Below are positions 58,789-64,000 of a DNA stretch of 64,000 nt, piece after piece. The position numbers and the translations under genes are program-made. The first letter of the stretch is position 1. Each line of letters opens with the position of its first letter. The stretch is taken from positions 53,123 through 117,122 of the forward strand of contig CAUPMS010000004.1 in the NCBI GenBank assembly GCA_963512445.1, read 5' to 3'. The notes below the pieces were generated by a model. The model saw only the letters and a program-made list of their open reading frames with translations, did no database searches and was not told the origin of the DNA. The stretch comes from an uncultured Ralstonia sp. GTDB taxonomy: Bacteria > Pseudomonadota > Gammaproteobacteria > Burkholderiales > Burkholderiaceae.

Positions 58789-58900
58789 CTCTGCCTCGCT
58801 GTCTTGTTGAGACGGCCGGACACTGAACGATGCATCCGGCACAGACCCGCAGCGTAGCGAGGCTGCGCGGGCAAGAGAATTGCGCAGTGGTCAACGCTGC

Positions 58901-58917
58901 CTTCGCCAATTGCGAAG
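58901..58917. promoter_or_regulatory. LysR recognition box upstream of ich
   Basis: CTTCGC-caatt-GCGAAG dyad containing T-N11-A. Confidence 0.6.
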
Positions 58918-58950
58918 ACCGTATAGACCCTAGTCGACGTGTTCGGGCGG

Positions 58951-59874
58951 TCACGTCCCGTTTGCTTGTACCTGAGGCGCCTCCGCCTGTGGGTGTGGGC
59001 CGATCAGATGCTCGACCAGCCGGCGCCCGATGGCCGGAAGCGCAGCAAAATCCCGCACACAAACAAACATGCGGCGCTCAGCCCAGGCATCCGTGAGCGA
59101 GATCAGGCGCAGCCCCATGTCCTTGGCGAAGTTGGACGCAGCAATCTCCGGCAGCACCCCAACCCCCATGCCTGCCTGCACGAGCTTGCACACCGCCTCG
59201 AAGCTGTTGACCTGCATGCGCAGGCGCAGCGACAGCCCTTCTGTGGCGGCGGCGTCTGCCACCAGCCGCCACATTGCCGTGGAACTATCCAGGCCGACAA
59301 AGTCGTATTCGGCCAGCGCGGAAAACGCCACCCGGCGCCCGCGCAAGGCATGCCCCCGCGGAACGATGGCGACCAGCCGGTCGCGCTGGTATTCGTAGCA
59401 AATCAGCCCCTCGCGCGAAGGCCCGTCAACCACGACGCCGATATCAGTCTTGCCTTCCCGCACAGCCTGGGCGATGTCGCCACTGCGGCGCTCCTTCAGA
59501 TCAAGCTTGACCTCCGGATACCGGGCTGCAAAGACGGAAAGATCCTTCGCCAGAAATTGCGTCATGGCGGAAGTGTTCGCTTGAATGCGGAGTTGTCCCT
59601 TGGCGCCTTTCGCGTAGTCGGACATGTCCGCCTGCAACCTCTCCGCCTGCTCCATCATCAGTTGCGCATGGAACGCGAGCGCCTTGCCCGCGGCCGTTGG
59701 CTCGACGCCCTGCCGCGACCGATGCAGCAACAGCACGCCATAGCGGTGCTCAAGCAGCGCGATGCGTCGGCTCGCTGCTGCAAGCGCAATATGCGACTGC
59801 TCGGCGGCCTTTGACAAACTGCGTGTCTCGACCGCGCGCCAGAACAGCGCCAGGGAAATCATGTCAGGAAGCAT
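58951..59874 (-). CDS. LysR family transcriptional regulator
   Basis: SLSKAAEQSHIALAAASRRIALLE HTH plus substrate-binding domain; directly upstream of ich. Confidence 0.93.
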   Translation of the reverse strand: MLPDMISLALFWRAVETRSLSKAAEQSHIALAAASRRIALLEHRYGVLLLHRSRQGVEPTAAGKALAFHAQLMMEQAERLQADMSDYAKGAKGQLRIQANTSAMTQFLAKDLSVFAARYPEVKLDLKERRSGDIAQAVREGKTDIGVVVDGPSREGLICYEYQRDRLVAIVPRGHALRGRRVAFSALAEYDFVGLDSSTAMWRLVADAAATEGLSLRLRMQVNSFEAVCKLVQAGMGVGVLPEIAASNFAKDMGLRLISLTDAWAERRMFVCVRDFAALPAIGRRLVEHLIGPHPQAEAPQVQANGT

Positions 59875-60247
59875 GGCAATTGGAGGAAAAGCGCTCTGCC
59901 CCGGGTGCGGTCATCACGGAGTGCGGCCGATGCTCGGGGCAGCATCGGGCGGCGAAGCGAATCAAGAGGCCTCGCAATGAAGCTGCGTGCTTATTGTGGG
60001 GTCATCGTCATTTTCGTGCATGCAAGGCGCCGGCGCTGCTGACGAGCCGGTCGACGGTGCTGCCAGCATTCAGCTTTGTATTTGCCATTGCAAATGGTTG
60101 ACCTCGAGATAGCGAACCGCTGCGCAACCTGCATTCCGACATCCCGGGTAAACGCCTATCCAGCATCTCTGATGACGACCGTTAAACGAGGCGATGCCCG
60201 ATTTGATCTCGGCTCGTCAGCGCTCGCGCGCTCCTCGGAGAAAACAA

Positions 60248-61408
60248 GTGCAGAAACCGGTCATCACGATCCGACTCAAATTATTGCTGGCGTTCGGCAC
60301 GAGCGCGGCACTCATGTTTATCGTTGGGCTGCTGGGCGTCGTCGGCTTATCGCATCTGGATGCGAATACGGCTGAACTGTATCGCCCATTGCTGATTGCG
60401 CAGATCGCGATTGGGTCGATCGGCTGCATCGCCAACCTTTGCAGTACCTTGCATTTTCTGCGCGTCGTATGCGGTGGCTTCGAGCGCATGCGTGGGAAAT
60501 TCGAAGAAATTTCACGCACGCTCGATCTGTCCAAGCGTGCCGCGAGCCCTCGCATGGACGAGTTTGGCCGCTCCGCCGTTGCATTCGACAAGCTGATGCT
60601 GCGTGTGGAACAAACCGTGTCCGCCGTGAAGTTGTCGACCGATTCCGTGACCACCGCCACACACGAGATCGCCGCTGGAAACCTTGACCTGTCAACGCGC
60701 ACGGAAGAACAGGCTGCGTCGTTGGAGCAGACCGCCTCCAGCATGACGCAACTGACGGAGACTGTGAGGCAGAACGCCGACAACGCGCATCAGGCAAATG
60801 CTTTGGCGGCGAACGCCGCCCATATCGCTGCAGCCGGCAACGATGCTGTACTGGCTGTGGTCAGCACGATGGCGCGCATCAGCGGCAGCTCAAGCAAGAT
60901 CTCCGATATTACCGGCGTCATTGAAGGGATCGCATTCCAAACGAATATTCTCGCGCTCAATGCTGCCGTGGAAGCTGCCCGTGCCGGCGAGCAAGGAAGA
61001 GGGTTTGCGGTGGTGGCCAGCGAAGTGCGCAGTTTGGCCCAGCGCTCCGCCGCAGCGGCAAAGGAAATCAACGAGCTGATCGCCTCCTCTGTCGTCACCG
61101 TCCGGGACGGTTCGCAGCAGGCCGCCGAGGCTGGCAATGTCATGAGCGAAGTCAAGTCCGCGATCAAGCGAGTTTCCGAAATCGTCGGCGAAATCGCTGC
61201 GGCGTCTGAAGAGCAAAGCCGTGGCATCGAGCAGGTGAACCAAGCCATCGTTCAGATGGACCAGGTGACGCAACAGAATGCGGCGCTGGTCGAGCAGGCA
61301 GCTGCGGCCACCCAATCGCTTGAGGAGCAAGCGGCCAAGCTGAAAGGTGTCGTCTCATCATTCACGCTGGTGGGAAATGCCCGTACTTCAGCGGCACTCC
61401 ACGCGTAA
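60248..61408 (+). CDS. Methyl-accepting chemotaxis protein lacking a periplasmic sensor domain
   Basis: TM1, a loop of about 13 aa, TM2, HAMP (DEFG), and signalling hairpin [34 protein letters not shown]. Start uncertain. Confidence 0.88.
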   Translation: MQKPVITIRLKLLLAFGTSAALMFIVGLLGVVGLSHLDANTAELYRPLLIAQIAIGSIGCIANLCSTLHFLRVVCGGFERMRGKFEEISRTLDLSKRAASPRMDEFGRSAVAFDKLMLRVEQTVSAVKLSTDSVTTATHEIAAGNLDLSTRTEEQAASLEQTASSMTQLTETVRQNADNAHQANALAANAAHIAAAGNDAVLAVVSTMARISGSSSKISDITGVIEGIAFQTNILALNAAVEAARAGEQGRGFAVVASEVRSLAQRSAAAAKEINELIASSVVTVRDGSQQAAEAGNVMSEVKSAIKRVSEIVGEIAAASEEQSRGIEQVNQAIVQMDQVTQQNAALVEQAAAATQSLEEQAAKLKGVVSSFTLVGNARTSAALHA

Positions 61409-61491
61409 GCGGTAGCGCGCTCCCTTTGGGACGTGGCAACGCGTCTACGCACTCGCTTTCACCGGCGCATGTCTGGCCGCGTCTGGGGAAA

Positions 61492-61521
61492 GACCCAGAC
61501 GGACCCAGACGGACCCAGACG
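61492..61521. repeat. Tandem repeat (GACCCAGACG)x3
   Basis: Three exact 10-bp copies, complementary to the upstream CGTCTGGG. Confidence 0.8.
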
Positions 61522-61738
61522 ATCACCTGAACAAGCATCCCACAGGACGTGTTGACCATCTCCTCGCGCGGAGCCCGACCCAGCACAGACTCTTCCGATT
61601 GGATTCAGCCAGGCAAAGATGGAGTGGCTTTCATCGGCTGCCACAAGGCAAAGTGCGCCACCACATCGAACGGCCAGCTCGTGGCCAGGAAACGCATGGC
61701 AATTGGCATCGTCCGTCTAGGTGGCGCGACAAATCCGA

Positions 61739-62197
61739 TCAGTTGGGTTGATTGACCGCTTGCCTGGCAAGCATCTTCCATCCGGAGGATTCCTGCACCC
61801 ATACCGAAAGAACCTGAAGGTGCACCGGAGCGGCAGGTTTTCCTGCGGGATGTGTGTCAGCGTCGAAGATGTATCGGACGGTGGCTGCATGGCCGACGAC
61901 GTCGATCTTCAGCTGTGAGAGGTCGATGCGGGTGAACTTTGATGTGCCGGTAAGAAGCGCCTTCATCAGGCTGGCTTTGTTGTCCACCTTGGCGGAAGAA
62001 TGGCCATAAGTGAGGTGGTCGTGCAGCAGCGGATCGAGTTTGGCGGCATCGGGCGCAAGCATGGCCGCGCGGAGCTGCTCGTTGGCGGCAGCAAGCTGCC
62101 GGACCTCGTCGGTTTGCGCATGCAGTTGCGGGGAAGCGGCCAAGAGCATCGTCGAGAGCAGCATCGCTCGGTGAATGGCGGATCGCAGTTGGGTCAT
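61739..62197 (-). CDS. Exported NTF2-like (DUF4440) protein
   Basis: Signal peptide ending LHA-QT, LTYGHSSAKVD and WKMLARQA. Confidence 0.85.
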   Translation of the reverse strand: MTQLRSAIHRAMLLSTMLLAASPQLHAQTDEVRQLAAANEQLRAAMLAPDAAKLDPLLHDHLTYGHSSAKVDNKASLMKALLTGTSKFTRIDLSQLKIDVVGHAATVRYIFDADTHPAGKPAAPVHLQVLSVWVQESSGWKMLARQAVNQPN

Positions 62198-62321
62198 AGG
62201 GTCTCCTTTATGTGCCATTGCTGTTTGATGGGTGAAATTGCTCGATGTGGATGGCCTCGCATCCCATACGCAGGTGGAGAGCCAGGCGCAGGTGGCCCGC
62301 TTCGCGTCAGGATTTGACGCT

Positions 62322-63671
62322 TTACACATCCAGTTCGATGCGCCTGAACTGGCCCGCAAGCAAACCATACGCAAGAATCGCGATCAGACCATGCGCACCC
62401 ACGAACCACAGGGCACGATCGAATGAGCCCGTGGAGGCAACGACGAATCCAATGACGATGGGCGTCACGATTCCAGCGACGTTGCCGATCCCGTTGAACA
62501 CACCGCCGCTCAGGCCCGTCATTTCGCGGGGCGCGACATCGCCAAGCACCGCCCAGCCGATCGCGCTCAGACCTTTACCGAAAAAGGCCAGCGACATGAT
62601 GGCCACGACTGCAGTGTTCGTCGTTGCCCACGGAACCGCCATGACGATGGTGGCGATTGCCATGCCCATCATGAATGGCGTCTTGCGTGCGAATGATGGG
62701 GAGTGCCCCCTGGCGATCAGGTAGTCGGATAACGCGCCACCCAGAATCCCGCCGCTGAAGCCACAGATCGCGGGCAACGCTGCAACGAAGCCCACGGTCA
62801 TGATGTTCATTCCGCGCGCCTGGACGAGGTAGATCGGAAACCACGTGATGAAGAAATACGTGAACGCCGTAATGCAGTACTGGCCGATGTAGGTGGCCCA
62901 GAGCATGCGGTTGGTGAACAGCGTTGAAATCTCTCGGCGTGTGAAGCGATGCCGGGTGGTGGTCGTACCGGCGTCCAGGCTCACCAAGGCGCCATTCGCC
63001 GAAATGTAGTCAAGCTCCGCCCCGCTCATGCGCGGATGGGTCTTGGGTGCCCCCATCGTCGCGAACCAGACGCATGCCAGGATCAGCCCCAAGGTACCCA
63101 TGAAGAAGAACACGTAGTGCCAGCTCAGCGTGTGCGTCAACCAAGCCATCAGTGGCGTGAAGACAACCACGGCGAGATATTGCGCAGAGTTGAACAGTGC
63201 GCTGGCCGTGCCGCGCTCGGCAGTAGGGAACCATGTCGCCACGATGCGTGCGTTACCCGGAAACGCCGGCGACTCAACCAATCCCAGCATGAACCGCATC
63301 ACAAACAACGCCGCAATGGCGGAGGTGGCGCTACCGAAGAGGGACACAGTGCCCTGACTGAAAGTGAATAGCGACCACAGCACGATGCTGGAACCATACA
63401 CAGCCTTGGCACCGAACCTGTCGAGCAGCCAGCCTCCGGGGATCTGCCCAATGGCGTAGGCCCAGCCAAATGCAGAGAAGACGATACCGAGATCCGCTGA
63501 GCTCAGCCGAAGATCCTTGGCGACGAAGGTGCCTGCAATCGAGAGCGTGGCCCTATCGGCAAAGTTGACGACGGTCACGAGGAAAATCAGGCCAAGGATA
63601 TAAAACCTGAAATGTCCCGCTTTGGCATTGGACGCGGGCGTAGCCCGCGTTGCCATATTGAACGCATCCAT
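62322..63671 (-). CDS. MFS (ACS family) glucarate/galactarate-type transporter
   Basis: NFADRATLSIAG, GQIPGGWLLDRFG, ESPAFPGNARIVATWFPTAERG and WFPIYLVQ; GudP/GarP-like. Confidence 0.9.
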   Translation of the reverse strand: MDAFNMATRATPASNAKAGHFRFYILGLIFLVTVVNFADRATLSIAGTFVAKDLRLSSADLGIVFSAFGWAYAIGQIPGGWLLDRFGAKAVYGSSIVLWSLFTFSQGTVSLFGSATSAIAALFVMRFMLGLVESPAFPGNARIVATWFPTAERGTASALFNSAQYLAVVVFTPLMAWLTHTLSWHYVFFFMGTLGLILACVWFATMGAPKTHPRMSGAELDYISANGALVSLDAGTTTTRHRFTRREISTLFTNRMLWATYIGQYCITAFTYFFITWFPIYLVQARGMNIMTVGFVAALPAICGFSGGILGGALSDYLIARGHSPSFARKTPFMMGMAIATIVMAVPWATTNTAVVAIMSLAFFGKGLSAIGWAVLGDVAPREMTGLSGGVFNGIGNVAGIVTPIVIGFVVASTGSFDRALWFVGAHGLIAILAYGLLAGQFRRIELDV

Positions 63672-63742
63672 ATGTCTCCTCCCTGGTGTCGGGATGTTTT
63701 GTCTGATGAACGGGCCGTCATCGCGGCCCGCCTGCGCGTGCC

Positions 63743-64000
63743 TTACGGGGTCACGCTGGTCTGCGGCCTGCGGCCCGCGAAACTTTCAGCGAGGCTGGCA
63801 AGCACGATCGCGGCCATGGCCTCGCGCGTTTGCAAGGTGGCGCTTGCGCGATGCGGCTGCAGCACAACGTTCGGCAGCGACAGAAGTTCGGCCGGCACGT
63901 TGGGCTCGTCGACAAAAACGTCGAGCCCTGCTCCGGCAATCCTCTTCTGGACCAATGCCTGCACAAGGGCTTGTTCGTTGACGAGCTTGCCGCGCGCAAC
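63743..64000 (-). CDS. D-2-hydroxyacid dehydrogenase, C-terminal part (gene begins beyond the window)
   Basis: VARGKLVNEQAL...AGLDVFVDEP...LQPHRASAT. Confidence 0.9.
   Translation of the reverse strand, partial: VARGKLVNEQALVQALVQKRIAGAGLDVFVDEPNVPAELLSLPNVVLQPHRASATLQTREAMAAIVLASLAESFAGRRPQTSVTP

Noticed and set aside
60120..60247. sigma28 promoter for the MCP
   Set aside because: The best candidate (TAAA-N15-TCTGATGA) matches the -10 consensus at only 5 of 8 positions.
61549..61738. Possible pseudogene fragment between the MCP and DUF4440 genes
   Set aside because: No recognisable domain in any frame.

Overview
High-GC betaproteobacterial chromosomal DNA. The gene content and protein style suggest Ralstonia (pickettii/mannitolilytica-like); this is an inference, not a database result. 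The window holds about 58 protein-coding genes. I saw no rRNA, tRNA, CRISPR array, transposase or integrase. From left to right: a sigma54-preceded porin, GntR, H-NS, a PAS-GGDEF(degenerate)-EAL protein and a glycine-zipper lipoprotein; an intergenic cluster of five DnaA boxes; an uncharacterised sugar-acid catabolic operon (DapA-like aldolase, Fe-ADH, in-frame DUF1537 kinase-PdxA2, Na+ symporter, cytoplasmic BNR sialidase-like protein, DeoR, SDR); an IorAB-type Tat molybdoenzyme with ohr and a MocA-like gene; a four-gene envelope module with no visible cargo (ABC ATPase, MacB/FtsX permease, LolA-like protein, beta-barrel) behind an AT-rich repeated control region; leuA with a Leu(CTA)-rich leader peptide; Csp3-like/cadR/cadA; CitMHS with split AtuA-like genes; a putative PadR regulon containing a MITE-like hairpin; then a catabolic block with mhpRABDFETC, an exported MBL hydrolase, an itaconate/C5-dicarboxylate cluster with TRAP transporter, a sensor-less MCP and the end of a sugar-diacid MFS operon. 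The best candidates for undescribed biology are the 7-16 kb operon (its pathway logic points to a C7 2-keto-3-deoxy sugar acid), the DnaA-box cluster and the ABC/LolA-like/beta-barrel module.
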